A DNA stretch of 37,371 nt from NCBI GenBank assembly GCA_003614675.1, contig ML002368.1, forward strand, positions 1-37,371, written 5' to 3'. The stretch comes from Dimargaris cristalligena (taxonomy: Eukaryota). The notes under the pieces are model-generated. The model saw only the letters and a program-made list of their open reading frames with translations, ran no database searches and had not been told where the DNA came from. The translations under genes were made by a program, and so were the position numbers. The first letter of the stretch is position 1, and each line of letters opens with the position of its first letter. Positions 1 to 10,479 of this stretch are shown in pieces.

Positions 1-2055
1 TGCTTTACGTTGATAAATGGGTTCTAATTAGTAAAGGAATCAGGTAATTAAATATGCTTCCAGTTACCTGCACTCTGCAGCACCACAATACCATTGTCTA
101 ACCGGGGCTTCCGTCTAGACAATTCCGGGTCCTCAAAAACCCCGTCGAATATTAGCAGAGCATCCGTGGCCTATAAATCATTTCCAAAATACTAACCTAC
201 AATACTTTCGGCTGTCATTGTTGACATTGCTTGTATTTATCGTTTTTGTATATTTTTTTAAAAAAATATTTATGTGTATTGAATAACTCAATAAAATGTA
301 ACTGCACTTGTTGAATTCGCTCTAGAGCGTCTGGCAGACTAATTTGTTGAAAATATGTCCCGACGGGTTTATTATTACCTCTTGTATCTGGCGAATTTCG
401 CTTGTTTAGTTCTATAATGTCCATTCATTTTAACCGCATAAAATGCCCCTGATCAACTACACTATTCAATAAACACCCAGAGGCGCCTACCGTCCTCTAG
501 CGGCTTTCCTCCCTTTCACCCAGTTTTATTGATATTCCTTTAGTAGTTCCAATATAATTAACTGGAAACAGCAGCCCGTTATTTAATATTGGATTTAGTC
601 AAGGAGACGGCAAGTCGACATATTTTCCCTTATATTCTTTAGAAGTGAATTATTAAAGAGTTGTCTTATATTTCCAAAGTGGTTAAAGTCCCCGATTTAA
701 ACAAAACAAATCATGAATATAATTAAAAAATCTCCAAATCTCTATTAGTGGTTCTTTATATTCCATAGTTATTTTGATAGGAAATCTGGTTATACATCTC
801 CAAATACAATGATCTAGAGAATTGGCGGCCTTTTCCAACGTGTCCCTTTCGTTGCCAGAAGTGCTAGTGGTTAGCCACCTAGAAAGAGTACTATATGGAA
901 CCGGCGGTATTGTTATCCGTAAGCTTAACTCCAGTGTCCCTCACAAAAGGAGTCGGGAACTACATATATTTTAGCTCTGGGTCCTTTGGACTGGGGCCCT
1001 CGGATGAATTGAGAACTCCCAAAGTTTCTTCGGCCAGTATTCACTTGGTTGACTGCACCCTGGTCGAGTACACAAAATGAGGGACGCAGCGGAATTACTA
1101 ATTTGCCGCCCAACTGCCAGTGCACCTTAAAATGGGGGTATTGGCCCTAGGGCCAGCAGGTAGAGAGGAGAAGCGCATTTAGAACAATAGTGGATACAGT
1201 GTACATCGTGTCACTCGAGGTTATCCATATAAGACATTGATTAAGTCTTCGTTGACAATGGCAAGCCTGACCCATACATTATTAAACTGTAGGAAAAACC
1301 ACAACAAGCGTACACTTTAAAGTATTAGGAATGTATAAGTACACTAGCGACACAATATATTCATCGAGCCACACCATGGTGCCTATGGGGAGGTGCAGTG
1401 GTTATCGCACATATATCATTTATCGCTATCCCCCCATTAATATTTAACAACCACCGAGTAGTTCTGCTTTTTTAACACTCAATAGCAATGCCTCCCTACG
1501 AAGGGAAGGTATTAGGGGGCCGAGCACTGGTATCACCTGTGGCGATTCCGAATGATCGAAAAAATGAAAAAAAAAAAAAAAAAAAACGCGATTCTCAAGG
1601 CCTCCGGAACGGAAAGTAGAATCCCCTACGCCCCCAACTATGTTGGACAGTGCTAAGGTATGTGGGTGGCGTCTTTCGGGTAGGACACGAATCTATCCTC
1701 CTCCCCTATCCCTTAGAGAGGGCTACTCGGGTCAATTAGAGATACTCCCAATTCCGGATATGTTCGAGTTAACTCATTTACCATTTGTCCAAGCCGCAAT
1801 GCCAAATCGCGACTGAAATCCATATTTAGTCTACAACTCGGCGTACAGGAATATACATACCTACGCTGCATGGGGTGCCTAAAAGATATCCCAGTCAATG
1901 ATCTGCTGACAACGGGAATAGTACAGTAGGGCCAGCTCAATAATACCTGCTCCTACTGTCGAATGGGGAAGCGAATATAGGCGAAACTCAACGGAACTGT
2001 AAAAAAATAGAATAGCAATATACATGAGAAACTAATCACGGTAGTTAGCGCTAAT

Positions 2056-2120
2056 CGGCTACACTCATCTCATTGAATGGGCAGCTTGAGACGGTTGGGC
2101 TGAACCGCTCCCATATATAA
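2056..2120 (+). promoter_or_regulatory. Conserved upstream motif CGGCTACACTCATCTCATTGAAT plus TATA box (TATATAA 2114-2120)
   Basis: The 23-mer is identical in the paralog promoter while flanks are diverged; TATA lies ~35 bp downstream of it and ~200 bp before the ATG in both copies. Confidence 0.6.
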
Positions 2121-2319
2121 GCTCGGCATCTGGGTTCCGTTTAATGGCAGTTGTACTTCAGGTAGCCGTCTCTTTGCCTATAATTCTACTACTCTATTTT
2201 TTCTAGCCAATTCCTTTCCAAAATACTTTTCCTTATCTCCAAACATTCCCTTTAGGCCACGCCTTCCGTCTATCCCCAGCTTTCACTTGAGCCTACCAGT
2301 TGGCTATTTTATCGCGAAT

Positions 2320-4006
2320 ATGGTTGCTAAAATTCGTCTAAGCACTGCTGCACTGGTGTTCTTGGCCGCCAAGGCCCATTCGGCTAACATTAATGCTGTC
2401 CCCGATGAAATCCTCGAGGAAATACTCGGATGGATTCCCCCGTATGAACATATCCGAAGAGGCCCTGTGTCTCAACGTTGGAATAGATACGAACTCGGCC
2501 CTTTTATGAGAAAGACCAACAAGGTAATTTCAAGAGACTTTTCTGTTGAGTTGGCTTATGCATTGATACTGTCCAACTCCCAGCAACCGCTTAGTTGGCC
2601 TCCATAAACTATATATGGTCTATTCAATCCACGTCATTAGTATATCCTGCCTTGAGTCACAAAGATATATCCACTTACACCTATTGCGGTTTGACAATAA
2701 TCCACACATTTACTCGATACCGTTCTAGGCCGAGGATGAATTCTTTGCCCACCCCGAGAGCTACAATGCCCCAAATCTGGGCCCTGCGGAAGCTGACACC
2801 AAATTAGCCGCGTTCATGCCCCTGATGGAGATTACCGTCCTTCCCGCCTTCATCCATCTCATTTACCAGAACCTGGACGTTCTGGGCTATGACAAGCTGG
2901 GCCAGCCCTTAGCGGTTAATCGACACCCTGAGCCCCACGTGGCCAGCAATATGATCCTACGGGAGGCCCTTGAGACCTTTCGGCCTGAGTTACAGTGGCT
3001 GCAAAAGAATACCCACGTTCAGCAATTCGACGCGATCCCCGAATCCACCCGTAGAATATTCTTTCCATTCCACCGTCGCCTCATGGAGGGCGAGTTAGGA
3101 GAGGCCCAAACCATGTCCGAGTACTTTTTGAGTGCCTCCTTTGGTGAAGCGCTGAGCCGGAATTTCTCCAAGTACGTCCCGGAGAGCTACATCCAATTTC
3201 TGGCCACCCTGCTGCACACGCGCCAAAGCGTGGATTTGTATAACGAAAGCCCTCTAAATTTAGAGGACTACGTCCAGTATGCTAAAAACCAGGAATTCCG
3301 AAAGGCTCGACACATGACCATCTTTTTAGGGTACATTATGCTTCTGGCTGGGAATAGTACCTATGATACCTTGTATAGCGCTATCGGATATAACCCCGCA
3401 ACGCGTATGTTACCAGTTAAGGACCACCGACTGGCCCTCCTGGTGGCAAGTATCCAGGGTAATAACCAACTTGCCCAGGCCCTGATGGATCCGCGGCATG
3501 TTCCTGCCCCCTTCGACTATTTAGGAGCGAGTGCCGTGCAGCGTGGCTGGATTAGCAGAGAGCAAATTCCCCCCACCTTAGCTGGCAATAATGACCTAAA
3601 CCTGTACGATTGCTATGTGTTTATGTTCCGGGCCATTTATCCCATTCATTTGGATGCTACCGGAAAAACGGCACTCTATCTCTACTTTAAAAATCCCAAC
3701 CCCGTGGACTATAGGGTTCCAGCGGCCGGTCCATTGCCGCCGCCGGTTTCACTGGCCGTTCTAGTCAATGAACAGGAAGTGTATAGATTTATTAGATCAT
3801 TTATGGATGAGATAGATGGTCCTGAACACACTCCTGGTACCATCCTACAGCAAACTTTAGATGCAAACGCAGAACTCGGACCTCCTCCACCAATTCAACG
3901 TGCATCAATGAACGGTTTGCCCCCCTTGCCCGCTAATGCTGTTGGGGAGAATGTTATGAACCTTATATTTCCTATAGACGATGGCATGCCTCCCAATAAT
4001 CCCTAA
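2320..4006 (+). CDS. Putative secreted F-box protein, paralog A (exons 2320-2523, 2729-4006; ~493 aa)
   Basis: ATG 2320. Phase-0 intron 2524-2728 (AAG|GTAATT...TTCTAG|GCC) joins in frame to the 396-aa ORF. MVAKIRLSTAALVFLAAKAHS is signal-peptide-like; INAVPDEILEEILGWIPPYEHIRRGPVSQRW matches F-box consensus spacing. Same exon structure in the paralog at 31237-32913. Confidence 0.88.
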
Positions 4007-4196
4007 AATACCTAAATTTGGCTTATAGTATTAGCCAGCTAGGACTACAGCCCAATAAAATCTTGGCTGCGAAGACTATCTCAAATATCGGCCAGTTGTC
4101 CACTCCCCTATTATCAATTTCCTAAAACCCAAACTATAGCTCTTGTCACTTCCATATTTGGGCTAGTCCGAACCTAGGGTTTTTATATTATTAGTT

Positions 4197-4320
4197 TATC
4201 TCAAATGATTTAATAATGTTGAGCGTACCTGTTTAATCTGTGGGTGTGTTTGTGATAGATTAACCAGTTTCTGCTAATGGAATTTTTCATTTCCAAGACT
4301 TAGTGATAATTAAAGTAAAT
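4197..4320 (+). repeat. Third, partial copy of the far-upstream segment of the duplication unit
   Basis: CTGTTTAATCTGTG (4229-4242) is the exact reverse complement of 35371-35384, with ungapped transition-dominated similarity on both sides; also similar to ~270-345. Confidence 0.65.
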
Positions 4321-4365
4321 TTCAGTCATTTAATAGTAATAATACTTAGAAACCACAATTAGAGA

Positions 4366-4950
4366 TATCACCCAGGTTTACCACTCTTAGTCCATCAAGA
4401 GTCCCAGGGATAGGCTTCTAATGGCAGGTGGGGCTTAGACTCAGCTAAGCAGGCTACTAGCATTAGGTACAAGGTATGGTACTAACTAATAAAGGCTTAG
4501 GTGATCAGGTATACAAGGGACATGCAGCAGGCATACTTATGGGTCAGTACAAGGGCGTGAGTGTATATATAGTTTATTAGAGTAAACTAGGGGGGGTAAG
4601 AATAAGCTAAGGCATCTAACTGGTCCCAAGGGGGCCCAGCTATATATATGCAGGGATAACTCCAGAGGGAGGTCCCTGGGGGAAGGTACTCTTAAGATTA
4701 ATAATGAGGAATAAGCCAACCAGATAGCCTTGAGGACCTGGAAGACTCTAATGGTAACTGGAAGAGTCTTTGGATCACCAATGGAGTGATTGGTGTGAAG
4801 AGGCAGAGTCCAGAAGGGGAAGGGTTATATGTTATAGAAGGATCCTATAGTACCAGGGGGAGACTATGGGAAGTTACATATGGTGCTATATGGCCTAGTC
4901 AGGACAGATGATCACTACACCTGGACTAAGTTAGATTAGAAGGGCCAATA
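4366..4950 (-). mobile_element. Solo LTR copy A (degenerate)
   Basis: Full-length collinear similarity to 34034-34627; termini decayed to TATCACCC...GGGCCAATA; no clean TSD; no coding capacity. Strand inferred from TATA-then-AATAAA order. Confidence 0.8.
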
Positions 4951-5631
4951 CAGATGTTAAATGTCTGAGTTATTAATTCTTTGGGACTGACCTAAGCAAG
5001 GGTGTCTGGGCACAAACTAGTAATTACAATGCCCTTGAATTATGGCACCAAGCCTTTGGGCACTCCCACCAGTGGGGTTTTAAAAGTTGCAGGTAGATAT
5101 TACCATACTAGTGAACCAAGATCAATCTAGGCTATAGAGATGAAAATATATTCACAGCCACTTCTTTGTCAGTTCTATGAGCCATGTACCACAGTGTTTT
5201 AAGAACGAATTAGTTTGGTGGTGGATAACTACAGCTCAGGGCTTAACCCCCCATATTCCTAGCTGTACCATTCCGATGTTGAACATATCAAATGAGCAGA
5301 AATTCTTCAGTAGGAATGCCAAATCAATGGATGGTACGAAACCTGCTAGAACTGCGGACCTCGTACAACTTGCCAGTTAAACACAGGTAGTGTGGCCTAC
5401 TATTGAATAGGTTTCTGATGAGATTCCAATTTTGCCTCAAATATAACCATTCTCTGACCTAACTGCTCTCAGCATCATTTAAGTACCATGTAGAAGTATA
5501 TATAGATAGATCGGAGAGACCACAGGATTGGATCGTGAACTGGCTGTATAGCCCCTAGGATCTACCGTTGAAATGAAATAATATTTCACCCCCGATTACT
5601 GCAGTTCCTATTGATGCAATGCCAAACGCCA

Positions 5632-6241
5632 TTATACAACCCTTCCTGGTCCCCAAAAATGAGGTTTCCAAGCGAGAGTGTATAATGGCGTATGCAAACA
5701 TGGAAAACTGACTACAGTGACCATGGCAAAGGTGATGACCAGGCCTTCAATGGACTGCTCATATTTCACGAGACATGACTGGGAATTGAGGAATGTGTCA
5801 GTTAAACATAGAGTGCCGCTATTCATTACAAATGGAAATTGAAGGGGGGGATGTGCCCTCTGTCAGAAAATAACCGGAGTTGGGTTTCAATTATGGAAAT
5901 AACCCTCCACCCTTGGTTCACCAGAGGGGCCATGGGGCCCAGTGGATTGCGCCAGAGCCCTCTTCTTAAACCTAGCACCATACTTGCCTTCCAGAGAAAC
6001 AGTGGGCGAGATGGTTTTTGATCCAATGATCCTACATGGCAGGGGGGGGGGGCGATTTAATACTTGAGGGTAAAGTATTGATGACGAGAGGTTTGGCTTT
6101 GGGTGACGAAAGTCCAATCGTTCATACCCATGACCCGATCAATGGCAGGCCGACGCAAGACCCTAATCAAACATTTAAGTGTGGCTCTGGATGGTCTGGG
6201 GCAGTATTCGGCGGTGAATGTCGGTAATATTAACACCATGG
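5632..6241 (-). ncRNA. Possible spliced minus-strand transcript without long ORF (exons 6241-6128, 6031-5984, 5778-?)
   Basis: Polypyrimidine CAG acceptor at 6242; GTATGA...TGTAG intron 6127-6032 (96 nt); GTATGG...CTGAC...TTCCCAG intron 5983-5779. The spliced ORF from the first ATG is only ~59 aa. Ends unknown. Confidence 0.3.
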
Positions 6242-7843
6242 CTGGACAGAATAACAAGGGAGGAAAATGGGTCATCTTTGGATTACCACGGGGGAAGAGG
6301 CTGCTGAGTGTGTGACCAATGGAAAGTGGGAGGTGCCAGCCGCGCACAAATGGTGTAGGAAAAGCCCAGATCGGTGTAGGCACTAAACCTCCTCTATGAA
6401 CCCAACAACGAAGTGGTGTGGTGGATTGCAAAGCATCGGCGATGCTCTCCTTTTACGATGCACCAATCAAACTCCTGCGATCCTGCATGGCTGCACTATT
6501 GAGTCGGCTGCAGGCCATCAACGCTGAATCGTGTGATGAGGAGAGGGTGATGGTGACACTGACCCTAATAACCAAGGGGTGGTTATAAATAATAGAGGGG
6601 TTTGGTAGCCTAGATTCAGCTTAGTCACCATACTAGCTGAAATGCTAAGAACCGCTCCAGTGAAAAGGAAACCGGCCATTGATTTTTCCATTCAATAGGA
6701 ATGCTTATGGAGAACATCCAACCCACAGAACCGGGAAATCTATTTAGGCCATTTGAGGTAAGTCGTGGAGCGGGCCCGCCTCAGCGCTGACGGAAGGGGC
6801 AAAGGGCTACGTATCTCAGCAAATTCACCGATCCGGATGGTCAGTAACCATATGGCCAGATGAATGAATCAAAGTGACAATTGTCATCGACCTAGGGGTG
6901 GGAGGCCCCAATGAGATAGACATTATAGAACGGCTGGTCTATATAATGTGTAAAGTTGGGGGGTATAGCCACTAGTAAATGTCACCCGCTGTCATGGCCC
7001 CGGTTCCTTCTGAACAATTCATCGCAACCATCTATATTTTGACCAGACCAGCCATTCGCAGAGCTGATTTAGGAGTCTGCCCGTTTGTATCGGATGCATG
7101 CGAGTAAGCCATTCGCAACGGGTTATTAATATAAATACATGGTGCAAGTTCCTGAACAAGAAGGGCATTAGGCCTGTATGGCCCTGTCAATAAGACCCTA
7201 CGGCATTGGCCTGTGGGTGCCACTGTCTGTGCCGAATGGTGAAGGCCAAGAGAAAGAGAGAGAGTGAGTGAGTGAACGAGAGTAAAAGAGAGAAAGCGAG
7301 AGATAGCATCGACCATAGCTTGTGGGCAGCATGGGTTTAAATAGAAGCTGGCTACATCGGGAGAATAATCACGATGGCGCCCATCGACTGTTTAGTTATT
7401 TTATCTAATGCCAATGACAAGAGTTTCCCTTGACTCGCGGCCAACAGGAGGCATGTAATTCTCTCCTCTGGGTCTTCTTCCCTATTTTCCACCCCTCGAA
7501 TTTTACTATATAAGCCCGTTCCCTAGCGCCTTTAATATAAGTTGACCCACGTCTTTCTAGTAAACCACCATTATTATATTAACCACTTGGCCACTGCCCC
7601 TTGATATATAGTCTGAGGCTTATTTCCATCATTTTTTTGTCTTAGCCTTTCTTCTCTCTATTTCCCTATATTGCTCCACCTACCTCTTTCGGGTGACAAG
7701 TAATATTCTCCTTTCGTTACCTGTTTTCCGGTACCAACCACCCGTTTCGGCCCAGTCTGTGGTTCACGCGTCACCCTCTTCCTCCTGAATATCAAAGTAG
7801 GTTGGCTAGTTAGCGGCTATTACCCTGCTCCCCCCACTCCTCC

Positions 7844-9181
7844 ATGGACGGCTATCAGTCCATTCACGGGCAAACCGGTCTGCGCCTGTCCAAGCAAATC
7901 GTGTCGGACTTGCGTGGTTTCCAACTGGACTACCTTACCAATGCCCCCGCCAATCACATGGCCTCCTACCCCAGTCGACCCCATTGGCCGAATGCCATCG
8001 AGCCACGACCCGTACACGCTGCCCAGCACCTCGCTGGTCTAGCCCCCGGTGAAGTGTCCCGGTTAGCCCACTGTACCACCGACAACCGGGGGGCTCTGCT
8101 TCCGCCTGTGTACGCCAATATTCCCTATTCGACCCCTGCTCTCGAGGTGGAGGAGGAAGAAGATGAAGCAAAGGGGGGGAAGGACCCCTCCTACCGGTGG
8201 GCCCCCGACTACTCCAAAATGCGGGCCGTTTGGGAGTGGCTTGAGGACAGCAACGGCCGCTGTCTGAATGACCTTGGCGACCCCATGGATGGTAGCGACC
8301 AATCTAATCGTCATCATCATCATCATCATCATCATCATCACTATCACCACCACGGCTCGGAAATGGCCGACATGTCCGCGACCATGCCCTCGGAGATTTT
8401 CCATAAAATTCTAACCTTTCTACCTCCCGAATCCCTGGGTATGACAGCCGCGGTCAACCACACGTGGCGTCTGGCCAGCCTGGAAACCCTCAAATCCAGC
8501 ATGACCAGCCAGTTGAATCAGCTCCAATTGACCCTCAACCAGCAGTACAATGTATCCAGTCTCTTTCTCCACCTCTACCAAGACCGGGCCATGATTCAGT
8601 CGCCGCTGTACATCACCGAAGCCATCCGGGTGTTCTCTGATGAAACGGGCGCTCAGCAACTGGCCCCTACTCGGGCACTAAGCCTGGCGCTTTCATCGGC
8701 AGCCACCACGGCTGGAATTGGAAACCGGTCCGCTCTGAAACTCGGTCAATCGGCCAATGTCAAGGGGTGTCGACTGGCCGATGATTCCGCCGTACGGTAT
8801 CCTCTGAGCGTTATGGTAGGTGCGCTACCCAGCCCCCCCGGCCACCGGCGCCCGGGTGCTACGATCTCCGCAGCCACGCCGATTGCTTACCCCCATGACC
8901 ACAGTCACGGGGACCCACTCCCCTCTACCGCCGCGAACGATTTCAATTCCAGCTCCACTGTCAACCATACCATCAAGCAGTACCTGTATGAGCTTCGGGC
9001 ATCGGGCACTTTCGAGTCCCCGTCATCGTGTCGCTTACATACCCTACAAATTGAATTGTTCCTGAGCTACCTGAGTTATCTACTGACTACCACTCTACCT
9101 AATACCTTACGCAGGCGGCTGTATAACCTGGGCCAGATTACCCAGTCGATCAATCCCAAGTGGCTGGCCGATACCACTTAA
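7844..9181 (+). CDS. F-box domain protein, 445 aa, no signal peptide, with acidic patch and poly-His tract
   Basis: Uninterrupted ORF with coding-like composition; MPSEIFHKILTFLPPESLGMTAAVNHTWRLAS (from 8384) fits the F-box consensus; C-terminal half not recognised. Confidence 0.85.
   Translation: MDGYQSIHGQTGLRLSKQIVSDLRGFQLDYLTNAPANHMASYPSRPHWPNAIEPRPVHAAQHLAGLAPGEVSRLAHCTTDNRGALLPPVYANIPYSTPALEVEEEEDEAKGGKDPSYRWAPDYSKMRAVWEWLEDSNGRCLNDLGDPMDGSDQSNRHHHHHHHHHHYHHHGSEMADMSATMPSEIFHKILTFLPPESLGMTAAVNHTWRLASLETLKSSMTSQLNQLQLTLNQQYNVSSLFLHLYQDRAMIQSPLYITEAIRVFSDETGAQQLAPTRALSLALSSAATTAGIGNRSALKLGQSANVKGCRLADDSAVRYPLSVMVGALPSPPGHRRPGATISAATPIAYPHDHSHGDPLPSTAANDFNSSSTVNHTIKQYLYELRASGTFESPSSCRLHTLQIELFLSYLSYLLTTTLPNTLRRRLYNLGQITQSINPKWLADTT
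8312..8353 (+). repeat. Coding (CAT)9 microsatellite encoding part of H10-Y-H3
   Basis: Directly visible; in frame within the 7844-9181 ORF. Confidence 0.95.
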
Positions 9182-10384
9182 GTGTAGCTCGTCGATGTTA
9201 GAGTGCTTTATTGCTATCTTTGCCGCCCATTTCAATCCTTATTTATTGAATAGACCTATGGGGAAATGGCAGCTATTCTCCGCACCTTATTAGTCAGCCT
9301 ACTTTTACGGGCTTTAATTTTTTAATTCTGTATTATTTCGTATTTCGTATTGCGATTTGCATTGCTCCTCGTTAACTTCACGCCGGGCCTCCACTGTCCA
9401 CCCCAGCCACCATCAGTGTATACGGGAGGTTCTCTATTGTATACTTTTTGTATTTCTTTCCCGTATTATTTTTACATCCTCTATTTTATTAATTGGATAA
9501 TCTATCGCTATCTACATGTGGGTGATGAAAACATAATTACACCGTCCTATGTTTCTCATCTCTACATTTGACTCTCACTACCCTTTGTATTTTTGTGTCT
9601 AAATTTACCCCAACATTACACACTTCATCTGACGACTAACCGCCCAATATCTGCGCGTTTGCGTTAACCTCTTTCCAACGCCAGCATCTGTACCCCAACC
9701 ACACTACATTTCTATAACTTTTAGTGCTATACCATTTTCAAACACTCAAAACTGTACTAGTAACTTATCCCCCTCCCACCGATTTAACAGATAATCTCCA
9801 AACCATGTACACGGCCCTGGCCTGGCAAGCATTTATTCCCATCAACTTTCCACTATTGGAGCATTCTGCGGCTATCATGACTACCCGTATGTCTAACAAA
9901 TACAATAAACCTATAGTTACCCCCACCAGTATGGATTATTTTAGTACTTTGGGTGCCAGTATCAGTCCTGCTTAGAAGCTCAGTTCTTGATTAGCCATTT
10001 AGGGGATCTAGCCGGCATTTCGCTAATTAGGAATGTTATAATGCGGTTTGGTACTGCCGACAAGCTAGTATAACCAAGAATTGGGGCCGTGAATGTTTAC
10101 CTAGTATCAGAGACAGGTATTCTCCCCCTCTTCATACCCGGGGGTCTAGTCCAATTGGGGCTACTTTTGTAGTTGGTGTTTCTAGAATAAGTTGCTAGTC
10201 AAACACATTATAGACGATACTTAATATGATCACAAGATAAATATATATGGGAGAAGTTGATTCAGGCTGTATAATGAAAAATCCATTGGATGAGGCTAAG
10301 ATTACTGGTTAAAAGCTATTCTCACATATATTCGCCCATACACGTATATTGTAAAACCTTATACAGCTGGTTTGAATTTTACCC

Positions 10385-10405
10385 ATATATATATATATAT
10401 ATATA
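10385..10405. repeat. (AT)10 microsatellite
   Basis: Directly visible. Confidence 0.95.
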
Positions 10406-10479
10406 AGGTCATTTCTTCGCCAGCAGGCAGTAACTGATTGAGGCTTACCGACTTGACCTACTTTCAGTATATGATTTAC

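Larger units (their letters stand above)
213..4145 (+). repeat. Left arm of ~4 kb inverted segmental duplication (partner 31098-35475)
   Basis: Collinear reverse-complement similarity at many anchors: TGTCATTGTTG at 213 vs ~35475; 925-1125 vs ~34760-34950; ~1497-1690 vs ~33545-33720; identical 23-mer 2056-2078 vs 33157-33179; paralogous CDSs; 3' flank TTCCTAAAACCCAAACTATA at 4119 vs 31098-31126. Ends approximate. Confidence 0.9.

Noticed and set aside
895-1125. Short ORFs 895-1080(+) and 925-1125(-), with similar translations at 34742-34948
   Set aside because: Similarity is explained by the DNA duplication. The right-arm counterpart of the 895 ORF has an indel and an early TAG, and the starts of the other pair are not conserved.
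250-1586. AT palindrome 250-269 and A20 run 1567-1586 as terminator or retrocopy tail
   Set aside because: Low complexity; not conserved in the other arm and no TSD seen.
5111-5612. Possible degenerate direct repeat (5111-5180 vs 5535-5612)
   Set aside because: Only short anchors separated by several gaps; cannot be distinguished from chance by eye.
6699-6763. Plus-strand mini-exon (AATAG|...GAG|GTAAGT) that could splice in frame to the F-box gene at 7814
   Set aside because: Needs a >1 kb intron across the apparent promoter and a weak acceptor; unsupported without transcripts.
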